Shown here in pieces: positions 26,905-35,241 of a DNA stretch of 64,000 nucleotides. Below the pieces are notes generated by a model. That model did not search any database, had not been told where the DNA came from, and worked only from the letters and a program-made list of their open reading frames with translations. The position numbers and the translations under genes are program-made. Numbering within the stretch: position 1 is the first letter of the stretch; every line of letters begins with the position of its first letter. The stretch comes from Dehalococcoidia bacterium. GTDB lineage: Bacteria; Chloroflexota; Dehalococcoidia; Lucifugimonadales; UBA3495. The stretch spans positions 31,600 to 95,599 of the forward strand of contig DAOUIY010000043.1 of the NCBI GenBank assembly GCA_034423215.1. The letters are read 5' to 3'.

Positions 26905-27060
26905 AGTCCGGCAAATTTGAAATGATGCTTGGTCCGGCCCGTGGTCGTTCCCGCCAAGGCGGGAACGACCACGGGCCGGCTTTCAGATTCCTGCCTTCGC
27001 AGGAAGACGATCCAGTGCATTGGTCATCATTTCAAAAGGATTGACCTGCCAGTGGTTCAA
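26905..27060. repeat. REP cluster
   Basis: GTCGTTCCCGCCAAGGCGGGAACGAC and TTCCTGCCTTCGCAGGAA hairpins, plus a truncated left end of the 186-bp MITE (TAGTAGTCCGGCAAATTTGAAATGATG). Confidence 0.75.
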
Positions 27061-27070
27061 CACATTTGAC

Positions 27071-27256
27071 CTAGTAGTCCGACAACTTTGAAACGATAGT
27101 TGAAACTGCTTCTCTCCGTCGCTCCGGCGAAGGCCGGAACCCAGGAGTCCTGAACGTAAGGAACCGTGTCCGGAGCTAACCTTCCTGGATTCTGGCCTGC
27201 GCCAGAATGACGGGTTTCGATAGTTACCCGTCATTCCTAAGTGGTTGAACTACTAG
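27071..27256. mobile_element. 186-bp MITE-like element
   Basis: Termini are CTAGTAGT...ACTACTAG. Internal hairpins are CCGGCGAAGGCCGG and TTCTGGCCTGCGCCAGAA. A second 186-bp copy lies at 50799-50984. Confidence 0.75.
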
Positions 27257-27362
27257 GGGAGGGGATTATTGTCACGACTTTGCAATCGCCCTGGCCACAA
27301 AGACTGGCCACAAAGAATCGACGTGGCGACGAATTAAGCGCTGGAGGAGCTGCGTAGCGAAC

Positions 27363-29396
27363 TCAGATTCTTAGCTCGTGCCGCTGCTCAACGAGCTTGA
27401 ACTTCAGCTTGTTGCTGGGCGACTGTGAAGGTAACGGATCCATCGGCAATCGCTTGTAGGGACGGTCCAGTTCGATCTTGAAGTAATGGGTGAGCATGAG
27501 CAGGTTGATTGCCAATTGCAATTCAGCCCAGCGGAATCCGAGACATGAGTGCGTGCCCAGGCCGAAGGGCGCGTAGCCCGCGCCGGTATGTTCTCTTCGC
27601 GGGGGCGCGTAACGGTCTATGTCGAACTTCCATGGATCTGGGAACGCCTCTTCCAGGTAGTGCGCCGCCGTCTGTGCAATCAGGAGCCGCGCCCCGACCG
27701 GTAATTCGTAATCTTCCACCACGCAGGTATTCATCACCGTGCGCAGCGACATGGCCACGATCGGCGACATCCGCAGAGCCTCCATCAGCACCCTGTGGGT
27801 AACGTCAATCCGTTCCAGATTGAGGTCGTCCTCGTTGGGGTCGCCCTCGGCCCACAAGGCGTCCGCTTCGGCCGTGACTCGCTCGTACAACTCGGGGTCC
27901 TGCACCAGCCAGTAAAGGGCGAAACCAAGCTGATCGCCCATGTACATGCTGGTCATCAAGATAGCCCCCAGCGGCAGCGACAGGTCCGATTCGGGCAGGA
28001 ACTGGGGGTCAGATGCGTGCAGGGCTAAATATGCGTCCACCACGTCCCCAGGCATGCCGACCCGCTGCGCGGACGTATGTGTGCTTTGCATACGCTCTAC
28101 GATCCGATCCGTGGCCTTCGCCCGGCGGCGCATTGGCGGAGTCTTGAGCATGAACTTCGGCAGCATCTTCGCGATGCCTACGTTGAGCACCCGCATCTTG
28201 TATTTGAGCGCATCGTCAATCTCGTCCTGGGTATCTATGCTGGCCAGGAGCGGCGATGCCTGCGCGTTCAGAAATGGCCGCAGCATCGTCTGCGCCGGTA
28301 TCGCTGTGCCGACGTTCCAGGTCGCCATGTGCGCGCGGGCCAAGTCATAGACATCGTCCAGACGCCTGGTCAAAACGCTGGGCGCGTAGGCGGGCTGCAA
28401 CGATTTGCGAAAGCGAAAGTGATCGGCGCCGTCAACCGAGTGCATTGAGCGCGACACGCCGTATGCTTTGTCAACGCCCTCGAAATACTCCTTTGACCGC
28501 AGGAACAGCCGCCCCTTGCTCTGGGCCCATTCATTCGTCTTCACCCCGGCCAGGACAATCATGTCCTGCTGGAACGGAATCCGAATCTTGAACACCGGAC
28601 CATACTTCTCGGCTAAAGACGCGAACCCTGCTGGCAGCCTGCCCTCCCGCAGATTGCGGTTGAACACAAGATCCCGCACGGAGACGTTGGGAATCGGCTT
28701 TGTCAGCGAGGGCCGGCGAAGCGTGGGCCCGATGATGATGTTCTCGCCCACCGCCGCTGCGATTGCTTGACCGATCAGGTCCATCTGGCTGACGAACTTA
28801 ATCCGTTCTTCCACCTCCTCGTCGGTCTGAAACATCAGCTGGAACACGCCGCAGGCATTGACGAGGCCGGTGATAATCACTTCGCGGGGACTCGGAAACG
28901 CGTCCGAGAAGATGATCAGGATCAACCGGGCCTTAACGTAGTCCCCTGCCGTGTATTCTTGTCCTGGCGCTATCTCGCGCCGGTGGCGCTTGGTGAAGGT
29001 GTAGAACTCACCCAGGTGGCGGTCTATAAGCTGTTGCCGAACGAGCCCGTCCAGTACTTCGGAGATCATTGACTCGGAGCGCAGAGCGAGCCGCTCGACC
29101 CAGTAGCGGGCATCGTGCGGTTCTGCTTCTGACGCAATCTCTCGCAGGATCGGGTCGAGCGTCGGATGACCGGTTTCAGTCGCATCCAACAGAATCAGCG
29201 ACTGCAGATCGGTGTCTATGCGACCGATCAGCGACAGCTCAGCCAGCGCTGCGCCAGCCATAGCGCAGTTCAGATTCCAGCCGGGCACCTGATGAAAGTA
29301 ACCGCTCTCCTCGTTCAGCAGCGCAAGAAGCAACTCTTCCGGCACGCTCAGCGCCTGCGTCGCTTGGCCCGTTCCAGTCGCGGTTTCCCGTGCCAT
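27363..29396 (-). CDS. GPP34/GOLPH3-like domain fused to cytochrome P450
   Basis: ATG 29396 has GAGGGAG upstream (the track ORF starts at TTG 29417). The N-terminal ~215 aa (EELLLALLNEESGYF...AMAGAALAELSLIGRIDTD) fit the GPP34 pattern. The C-terminal P450 has EALR (ExxR) and FGLGTHSCLG (heme Cys loop). Confidence 0.8.
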   Translation of the reverse strand: MARETATGTGQATQALSVPEELLLALLNEESGYFHQVPGWNLNCAMAGAALAELSLIGRIDTDLQSLILLDATETGHPTLDPILREIASEAEPHDARYWVERLALRSESMISEVLDGLVRQQLIDRHLGEFYTFTKRHRREIAPGQEYTAGDYVKARLILIIFSDAFPSPREVIITGLVNACGVFQLMFQTDEEVEERIKFVSQMDLIGQAIAAAVGENIIIGPTLRRPSLTKPIPNVSVRDLVFNRNLREGRLPAGFASLAEKYGPVFKIRIPFQQDMIVLAGVKTNEWAQSKGRLFLRSKEYFEGVDKAYGVSRSMHSVDGADHFRFRKSLQPAYAPSVLTRRLDDVYDLARAHMATWNVGTAIPAQTMLRPFLNAQASPLLASIDTQDEIDDALKYKMRVLNVGIAKMLPKFMLKTPPMRRRAKATDRIVERMQSTHTSAQRVGMPGDVVDAYLALHASDPQFLPESDLSLPLGAILMTSMYMGDQLGFALYWLVQDPELYERVTAEADALWAEGDPNEDDLNLERIDVTHRVLMEALRMSPIVAMSLRTVMNTCVVEDYELPVGARLLIAQTAAHYLEEAFPDPWKFDIDRYAPPRREHTGAGYAPFGLGTHSCLGFRWAELQLAINLLMLTHYFKIELDRPYKRLPMDPLPSQSPSNKLKFKLVEQRHELRI

Positions 29397-29550
29397 CAGT
29401 GAACGTCTCCCTCGCAATAATCACTTTCATTATACGTTATTGTTATACTTTATTGTAGGATATCATACGGTATTAGCGCCCACCCTTGATTAATGGCCAC
29501 CCTTGCCTTGAACGTCGCAAACCGATCAGTGCAAATATTAGACCGAAATG

Positions 29551-29780
29551 CAGGGCAATCGTATCTTGAGTTGCGCCGTACACCTAAGCTGCAAGTCATG
29601 TCGCCCTGAGTCCTACGGCTTGGCTCAGGATAAACTTTGCTGAAGGGCCTAAAATCCTGCCCTTAAGCCCGGTTACGGGTCCGAAAGTGGGTTGGTGGGT
29701 GGAGTTTAGATTCTTCACTCCGTTTTGAATGACAGTCTTGACCGGTCAGGACAACATTTCGTCAAGGCGCGATGGCCCTG
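29551..29780. mobile_element. ~230-bp MITE-like element
   Basis: CAGGGCAATCG...CGCGATGGCCCTG imperfect terminal inverted repeats. The internal sequence matches the copies at 54499-54703 and 54714-54953. Confidence 0.7.
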
Positions 29781-29859
29781 CCTGGCAGCCCAGCAACCTG
29801 GCGGCAACCATTGGCATTTGTGCTATAATCCCGCATCATTTTCCTGCGGGAGAACAGGG

Positions 29860-29991
29860 ATGCCGTCTCTCATTGGCTGGTGGCGACGCCTGGAGTCGCT
29901 CACAAGGCTGAACATTGTTGCATGGGGTGGCATTCTGGCCATCGTGCTGCTGATGGTAACCGTGTACTTCCTGGGTACGCGGGGACAATAG
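29860..29991 (+). CDS. possible small membrane peptide (43 aa)
   Basis: ATG 29860 has GGGAGA upstream and an extended -10 TGCTATAAT at 29821-29829. It has a single TM helix (IVAWGGILAIVLLMVTVYFL). Confidence 0.3.
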   Translation: MPSLIGWWRRLESLTRLNIVAWGGILAIVLLMVTVYFLGTRGQ

Positions 29992-30065
29992 GCGACGTTG
30001 CCCACGTAGTGCCGTTAACAGCAAATGGGCTGCAGCAGCTTACCGTCCCGAATGACTGAAGTTGT

Positions 30066-30236
30066 ATGTTTATCCTTGAAGAACCGGAAGTATCCCTAGT
30101 TGTTACGGCCCTGCTTGCCCTCTTCTTCCTGGCAATGACTTTCCTGGCCAGACGGGGCCGTCGCATCCTCTTGATACTGGCCGGCCTTCTGTTTGCGGCC
30201 TCTGCCATAAGCCTCGCTTTCGCCCTTGCCGCCTGA
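30066..30236 (+). CDS. possible small two-TM peptide (56 aa, below the track cutoff)
   Basis: My manual translation is MFILEEPEVSLVVTALLALFFLAMTFLARRGRRILLILAGLLFAASAISLAFALAA. No RBS was checked. Confidence 0.25.
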   Translation: MFILEEPEVSLVVTALLALFFLAMTFLARRGRRILLILAGLLFAASAISLAFALAA

Positions 30237-30373
30237 GAGCGCCCCGCAACCCCCCACCCGGCGCCACACTGACACCGGGCCCACCGCGGAAGGGGAAGCC
30301 ATACCTTGCCCCTGAAACTCCGCCGCCCGAACCGCGCCATTAGTCCGGCTCCGTATAAGTCATGGATTAGCTG

Positions 30374-30540
30374 AGAGTCCGCTCATGGTGAGCCTGTCGA
30401 ACCGTGAACGGGCGGCCCTGCGACAAGCTCAGGGTGAGCGGACATTAAACCCATCAGTTCAAGTGCCCCGAATCGTCATTCCTGTGAAGGCAGGAATCTG
30501 AACTCCTGCCTGTCTCAGCTTCCCGCCGGGGGGAACGACT
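30374..30540. repeat. REP cluster
   Basis: GCTCATGGTGAGCCTGTCGAACC...CAGGGTGAGCGG unit plus the GTCATTCCTGTGAAGGCAGGAAT hairpin. Confidence 0.8.
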
Positions 30541-30616
30541 GTTTCAGGAGCAACTTATTCCCTTTTACTCTGAACAGTTGCCGGGTTCTCTTACCTGTTG
30601 ACTGTTAACAAAAATA

Positions 30617-30645
30617 TTGGTAAGGTGTTTGCGTTGCCATATACT
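30617..30645 (+). promoter_or_regulatory. putative promoter of the inositol-phosphate synthase gene
   Basis: TTGGTA, a 17-nt spacer, then TATACT. The palindrome GCCAT-ATACTA-ATGGC overlaps the -10. It lies about 90 nt upstream of ATG 30733. Confidence 0.4.
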
Positions 30646-30732
30646 AATGGCAGGTACGAATTCGAATCCGGTGGCACCAAGCCCTATGGTAACAGTTTTA
30701 CTACAACAAAATTATCGGTGGAGTTCTAAACG

Positions 30733-32238
30733 ATGAATAGCGCTAGAAGCATTATTGAACGATTCGGCGGCCAGTCCGCCCTGGCCGCGCTGCTGGGCAA
30801 GCGCCAGAGCACGGTGCAGCACTGGGCCAGGACGGGCCGAATTCCCGCCCAGTGGCATTCCCAGTTGATGGAACTGGCCGTCCAGCAGGGTGTTGCCCTG
30901 GAGCCCAAGGACTTTGTTGCGGCAGGCTCCACCAGCATTGCCCCGGCCGGCGGCAAGCTGGGAGTCCTGCTGGTAGGCATGGGCGCCGTTTCCTCCACCT
31001 TCGTGGCCGGCGTTGAGCACATCCGGCGCGGCACCGGGGCCCCGGTGGGTTCCGTCTCCCAGATGTCCACCATCCGCCTGGGCAAGCGCACTGAAAACCG
31101 CTCTCCCCTAATCCGCGATTTCGTGCCCCTGGCAGATTTGGACAACCTTGTCTTCGGCGCGTGGGACCCCATTCCCGACAGCGCCTACGACGCGGCGGTA
31201 AAGGCCGGCGTGCTGGACCGCTACGAGCAGATAGAACCCGTCTCCGACTTTCTCAAGGCCGTCAACCCCATGCCCGCAGTCTTCGACAATGACTACGTCA
31301 AGCGCATCAACGGCACAAATACGCGGGTGGTAGATTCCAAGCTGGGCGCCGCCGAGTCCCTGCGCGAAGACATCCGCCGCTTCAAGGAGGAAAACGGCTG
31401 CGACCGCCTGGTCATGATCTGGTGCGCCTCCACCGAGAAGTTCATAACCGAGTCCGACGCCCACCAGGACATCGAGAACTTTGTCGGCGCCCTCCACGAC
31501 AACAACGAAACCATCGCCCCCTCCATGATTTACGCCTACGCCGCCCTGATGGAAGGCGTCCCCTTCATCAACGGGGCCCCCAACCTGACGGTGGACATTC
31601 CCGCCATGGAGCGGCTGGCCAGCGACCAGGGCGTCCCCATCTGCGGCAAGGACTTCAAGACGGGGCAGACCCTGGTAAAGACCGTGATAGGCCCCATGCT
31701 CAAGGCCCGGATGCTGGGCATGGATGGCTGGTTCTCCACCAACATCCTGGGCAACCGGGACGGCGAGGTGCTGGACGAGCCCGAGAACTTCCGGACCAAG
31801 GAAGAGTCCAAGCTGGGCGTGCTGGAGTATATTCTGCAACCCGACCTGTACCCCGACCTGTATTCCGACGCCTACCACAAGGTACGCATCAACTACTACC
31901 CGCCCCGGGGAGACAACAAGGAGGGCTGGGACAACATTGACATCTTCGGCTGGCTGGGCCGGCGGATGCAGCTCAAGATTGACTTTCTCTGCTCCGACTC
32001 CATCCTGGCCGCTCCCCTGGTGCTGGACCTGGTGCTGTTCATGGACCTGGCGCAGCGGGCCGGTCTCTCCGGCATCCAGGAATGGCTCTCCTTCTATTTC
32101 AAGAGCCCGCACCACGCCCCTACGGTCTATCCCGAGCACGACCTGTTCATCCAGCAGACCAAGCTGAAGAACACCCTGCGCTGGCTGATGGGCGAGGAGC
32201 AGATTACCCACCTGGGCATGGAATACTACCGGGAGTAG
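30733..32238 (+). CDS. ino1: myo-inositol-1-phosphate synthase with an N-terminal ~70-aa HTH-like extension
   Basis: GGTGGAG RBS. Residues ~75-501 (GVLLVGMGAVSSTFVAGVEHIRRG..., ...NILGNRDG...) resemble the archaeal/Thermotoga-type MIPS. Residues 1-60 (ERFGGQSALAALLGKRQSTVQHWARTGRIPAQW) are Cro/YdaS-like. Confidence 0.85.
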   Translation: MNSARSIIERFGGQSALAALLGKRQSTVQHWARTGRIPAQWHSQLMELAVQQGVALEPKDFVAAGSTSIAPAGGKLGVLLVGMGAVSSTFVAGVEHIRRGTGAPVGSVSQMSTIRLGKRTENRSPLIRDFVPLADLDNLVFGAWDPIPDSAYDAAVKAGVLDRYEQIEPVSDFLKAVNPMPAVFDNDYVKRINGTNTRVVDSKLGAAESLREDIRRFKEENGCDRLVMIWCASTEKFITESDAHQDIENFVGALHDNNETIAPSMIYAYAALMEGVPFINGAPNLTVDIPAMERLASDQGVPICGKDFKTGQTLVKTVIGPMLKARMLGMDGWFSTNILGNRDGEVLDEPENFRTKEESKLGVLEYILQPDLYPDLYSDAYHKVRINYYPPRGDNKEGWDNIDIFGWLGRRMQLKIDFLCSDSILAAPLVLDLVLFMDLAQRAGLSGIQEWLSFYFKSPHHAPTVYPEHDLFIQQTKLKNTLRWLMGEEQITHLGMEYYRE

Positions 32239-32309
32239 GCGTTGCGTAGTAGGGATTGCGTGACAGCCGTTGGGCAGTAGTCAATCAGAGTTGACGCATA
32301 AGATTAGAT

Positions 32310-32545
32310 CCCGCTCATGGTGAGCTTGTCGAACCATGGGCGGCCCGCCTTAATAAGTTCACCGTGAGCGGGCGGGGCTAATCCGGAGATATGGGCCTGG
32401 CAGGTCAACCGTTTTGAGATGATGGCTGGCCCGCTAACCCGTCGTTCCCGCGCAGGCGGGAACCTCGACAGGCTGAGATTCGGATTCCCGCGCAGGCGGG
32501 AACGACGGGGCTGGGCCGACACAATCATCATTTCAATGGCGTCAA
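32310..32545. repeat. REP cluster
   Basis: GCTCATGGTGAGC / CACCGTGAGCGG units and two GTTCCCGCGCAGGCGGGAAC hairpins. Confidence 0.8.
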
Positions 32546-32614
32546 TCTACGAGGAGGGGTCCCCCGTATTCCCTTTAAGCCCCAGTAGCGTATTGAGGCC
32601 GGAGGCATTGGCGC

Positions 32615-33451
32615 TTGATTCCGCAAATCACCCTTGGCGAACTCATTGAGCGATTCGACGCAATCCTCTTCGACTCCGACGGCGTTCTTACCCGCTGGCC
32701 CTCTGCCGTACCCGGTGCGCCCGAGGCGGTCGCGCGCCTGAACCAGCTGCAGAAACCCTGTTTCGTCCTCACCAACGACGCCTCAGCGCTCCCCGAGACC
32801 CGGGCGGCCCGGTACGCGGCGCTGGGTCTGGACATTGATGCCGGCCGCATCATAACCTCCGGAATGCTGCTTGCCGGCTACTTCGCCGAAAGCAGCCTGG
32901 CCGGCGCCAGGTGCATTGTCCTGGGCACCGAGGACAGCGCCGAATACGTTAGGCTGGCCGGCGGCCGCATTGCGCCCTTCGAGTCCGACTTTGACGCGCT
33001 GGTCATCGGAGACCAGCAGGGCTACCCCTTCCTGGATGCCGCCGATGCGGTATTGAGCAACCTGTTCCGCAAAATTGACCGGGGCGAAACTCCTCACCTG
33101 GTCTTGCCCAACCCGGACCTGATTTATCCCCTGGGCGATGGCTACGGCTTTGCCAGCGGCGCCGTGGCCCAGATGTTCGAGGCAGCCCTGGCCCTTCGCT
33201 ATCCCGACCGCCCGCAACTCAGGTTCACCCGCCTGGGCAAGCCGCACCCCGCCATGTTCGAGGAGGCAATTCGCCGCTGCGGCACGCGGAACGTCGTAAT
33301 GGTTGGAGACACCCCCGCCTCCGACATCCGGGGCGCCAACCGGGTGGGAATAACATCCGTGCTGGTGGACACCGGCGTATCCACCTCCGACCTGTCCAAC
33401 CTGGCCCCGGAAGAAACGCCGTCATACCGGATGCAGTCGCTGTCGCTCTAG
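32615..33451 (+). CDS. HAD-superfamily hydrolase, subfamily IIA (NagD-like phosphatase)
   Basis: TTG start. FDSDGV (DxDG), VLTND, GKPHPAMF and VMVGDTPASDIRGA motifs. Confidence 0.8.
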   Translation: MIPQITLGELIERFDAILFDSDGVLTRWPSAVPGAPEAVARLNQLQKPCFVLTNDASALPETRAARYAALGLDIDAGRIITSGMLLAGYFAESSLAGARCIVLGTEDSAEYVRLAGGRIAPFESDFDALVIGDQQGYPFLDAADAVLSNLFRKIDRGETPHLVLPNPDLIYPLGDGYGFASGAVAQMFEAALALRYPDRPQLRFTRLGKPHPAMFEEAIRRCGTRNVVMVGDTPASDIRGANRVGITSVLVDTGVSTSDLSNLAPEETPSYRMQSLSL

Positions 33452-33485
33452 CGGTCCATCAGCATAGAAATGATGGACCAGCCGA

Positions 33486-33552
33486 GAGTCCGCTCGTGGT
33501 GAGCTTGTCGAAGCAAGCGGGTACGGACCTTCGACAGGCACAGGGTGAGCGG
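33486..33552. repeat. REP unit
   Basis: GCTCGTGGTGAGCTTGTCGAAGC...CAGGGTGAGCGG. Confidence 0.7.
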
Positions 33553-33714
33553 AAGCATTGTCCTTCAGTTCAAACAGGTTGCGACACTAGCGGCGGCGGT
33601 GAACGTAGGGGCGGCAGCAGCGATAGGGGTAGGGGTGGCGGTGAAAGGTCGCCCGGAGGTCTTTCCCGTTGGACCGATTCAACCAATTTGGCCGCTTGCC
33701 GCAACCGGAACAGA

Positions 33715-33743
33715 TTGACTAGGGTTGGGCCTTGTGCTAAATT
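33715..33743 (+). promoter_or_regulatory. putative promoter of the infC-rpmI-rplT operon
   Basis: TTGACT, a 17-nt spacer, then TAAATT. It lies about 57 nt upstream of the infC start. Confidence 0.45.
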
Positions 33744-33799
33744 GATTCAACCCTTCCTGGACCCACGCTTTAGCGAAATTCTTTCGGAGGTAGGAGAGC

Positions 33800-34372
33800 A
33801 TAGCAAGGCAGTATAGAGTAAACGAGCAGATTCGGGCGCCCCGCATACGCGTCATCGGAGAGAACGGAGAGCAGCTTGGCGTAATGTCCCTGGACCAGGC
33901 CCTCCAATCGGCCCGGCAGAGCAGTGTTGACCTGGTGGAAGTAGCTCCCAACGCAGACCCGCCGGTTTGTCGCCTGCTGGATTACGGAAAACTGCGCTAC
34001 CTGTACTCCAAGAAGGAACGGGAATCCAAGAAAGCACAGAAGAATACCGAACTCAGGGAAGTTCGCTTCCGGCCCAACATCGGCGACCACGACCTGGAAG
34101 CCAAGCTCCGCAAGGTGAAGGAGTTTATAGACGACGGCTCCAAGGTCAAGTTGACCGTTCGTTTCCGGGGCCGCGAGGCGGTACACCAGCAGTTGGGTCT
34201 GTCTTTGCTCAAGCGAGTAGCCGACGACCTGAAGGAAGAGGTGCGGTTGGAAAAGCCGCCGGCCATGGAAGGCCGAGCCTTGTCCATGATCCTGATTCCC
34301 AACGTGGCCAAGACTGAGAAGACCGAAAAGACCGACAAAAAGGTGGAAGACCTAGCCAATGCCGAAGCTTAA
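33800..34372 (+). CDS. infC: translation initiation factor IF-3
   Basis: Conserved N-terminal residues (VNEQIRAPRIRVIGENGEQLGV) lie upstream of the track ATG 33884. An in-frame TAG at 33791 leaves ATA 33800 as the only near-cognate start before them. GGAGGTAGGAGAG RBS. Confidence 0.9.
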   Translation: MARQYRVNEQIRAPRIRVIGENGEQLGVMSLDQALQSARQSSVDLVEVAPNADPPVCRLLDYGKLRYLYSKKERESKKAQKNTELREVRFRPNIGDHDLEAKLRKVKEFIDDGSKVKLTVRFRGREAVHQQLGLSLLKRVADDLKEEVRLEKPPAMEGRALSMILIPNVAKTEKTEKTDKKVEDLANAEA

Positions 34373-34559
34373 GACTCACAAGGGCGCCAAGGCCCGCTTC
34401 CATGTCACCGGAACGGGCAAGCTGATGCGGCGAAAGCGCATGAGCAGCCACTTGCGCCGCAAGAAGCCCAAGAAGGTCACCCGCAAGTACGATGCCAAGC
34501 TGATGGTAGCGCAGCCCGACGTCAAGCGTCTCAGCAAGCTTATTCCTTTCGACGCTTAG
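34359..34559 (+). CDS. rpmI: 50S ribosomal protein L35
   Basis: MPKLKTHKGAKARFHVTGTGKLMRRK. It overlaps infC by 14 nt. Confidence 0.95.
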   Translation: MPKLKTHKGAKARFHVTGTGKLMRRKRMSSHLRRKKPKKVTRKYDAKLMVAQPDVKRLSKLIPFDA

Positions 34560-34572
34560 AACCCGTCAGTAG

Positions 34573-34620
34573 GCCCCTTCCCCCCATCAAGGGGGAAGGT
34601 CAGGATGGGGGTGAGGCGGC
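34573..34620. repeat. REP hairpin inside the rpmI-rplT spacer
   Basis: CCTTCCCCC-CATCAA-GGGGGAAGG followed by GATGGGGGTG. This is the same family as 25703-25760. Confidence 0.75.
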
Positions 34621-34716
34621 GCAGGAAAGCGTCCATGTCCCCAGCGCCATCGCCAGGCTTACCATTAGTCCCGTTCCATAACCTAACCGACTCTCAGCCG
34701 GCCCCGGAGATATCAC

Positions 34717-35079
34717 GTGTCCAGAGTTAAACGCGGCGTCACCAAGCGCCACCGCCACAAGAAAATACTGTCCCAGGCCAGGGGCTTTCAGGGCTCCTCC
34801 AGCCGCAATTACAAGTGGGCCAAGGAGGCCCTGCTCCACGCCTGGAGCTACTCCTATCGCCACCGCCGCGAGCGCAAGGGCGACTTCCGCCGCTTGTGGA
34901 TCGTCCGCATCGGCGCCGCCTGCCGCCAGTCCGGCACCACCTACAGCCAGTTCATGCACGGCCTCAAGCTGGCCGGCGTTGAGGTGGACCGCAAGATGCT
35001 GGCAGACCTGGCGGTAAACGACCCGGCAGGGTTCGACAAGCTGCTAGGCATAGCCGCCGAGGCCCAGGCCGCCGCCTAG
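34717..35079 (+). CDS. rplT: 50S ribosomal protein L20
   Basis: GTG start. SRVKRGVTKRHRHKKILSQARGFQG...RKGDFRRLWIVRI. Confidence 0.95.
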   Translation: MSRVKRGVTKRHRHKKILSQARGFQGSSSRNYKWAKEALLHAWSYSYRHRRERKGDFRRLWIVRIGAACRQSGTTYSQFMHGLKLAGVEVDRKMLADLAVNDPAGFDKLLGIAAEAQAAA

Positions 35080-35119
35080 CTCCACTTCCCGGCCTTAAAA
35101 TCACGCCGAGCGCGCATAG

Positions 35120-35162
35120 AACCACCCCTTAAGCATTGGACTAAAGGGGTGGTTTTCTTTTG
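35120..35162 (+). terminator. rho-independent terminator of the infC operon
   Basis: AACCACCCCTT-loop-AAGGGGTGGTT followed by TTCTTTTG. Confidence 0.75.
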
Positions 35163-35241
35163 CCGAATGGGATAAAATAATGGTCAATGATACAAACAGA
35201 TGACAAACCGGCGGCGTCATCTGGTTGGAACCTAACCTGGA

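Noticed and set aside
30655-30690. tRNA-like 3' end (TTCGAATCCGGTGGCACCA) preceded by the stem-loop GCCAT-ATACTA-ATGGC, which could be a tRNA gene or an att-site remnant.
   Set aside because: The T-stem does not pair (ACGAA against CCGGT). The putative anticodon loop has 6 nt. No D-arm or acceptor 5' strand can be found. No cloverleaf can be drawn.
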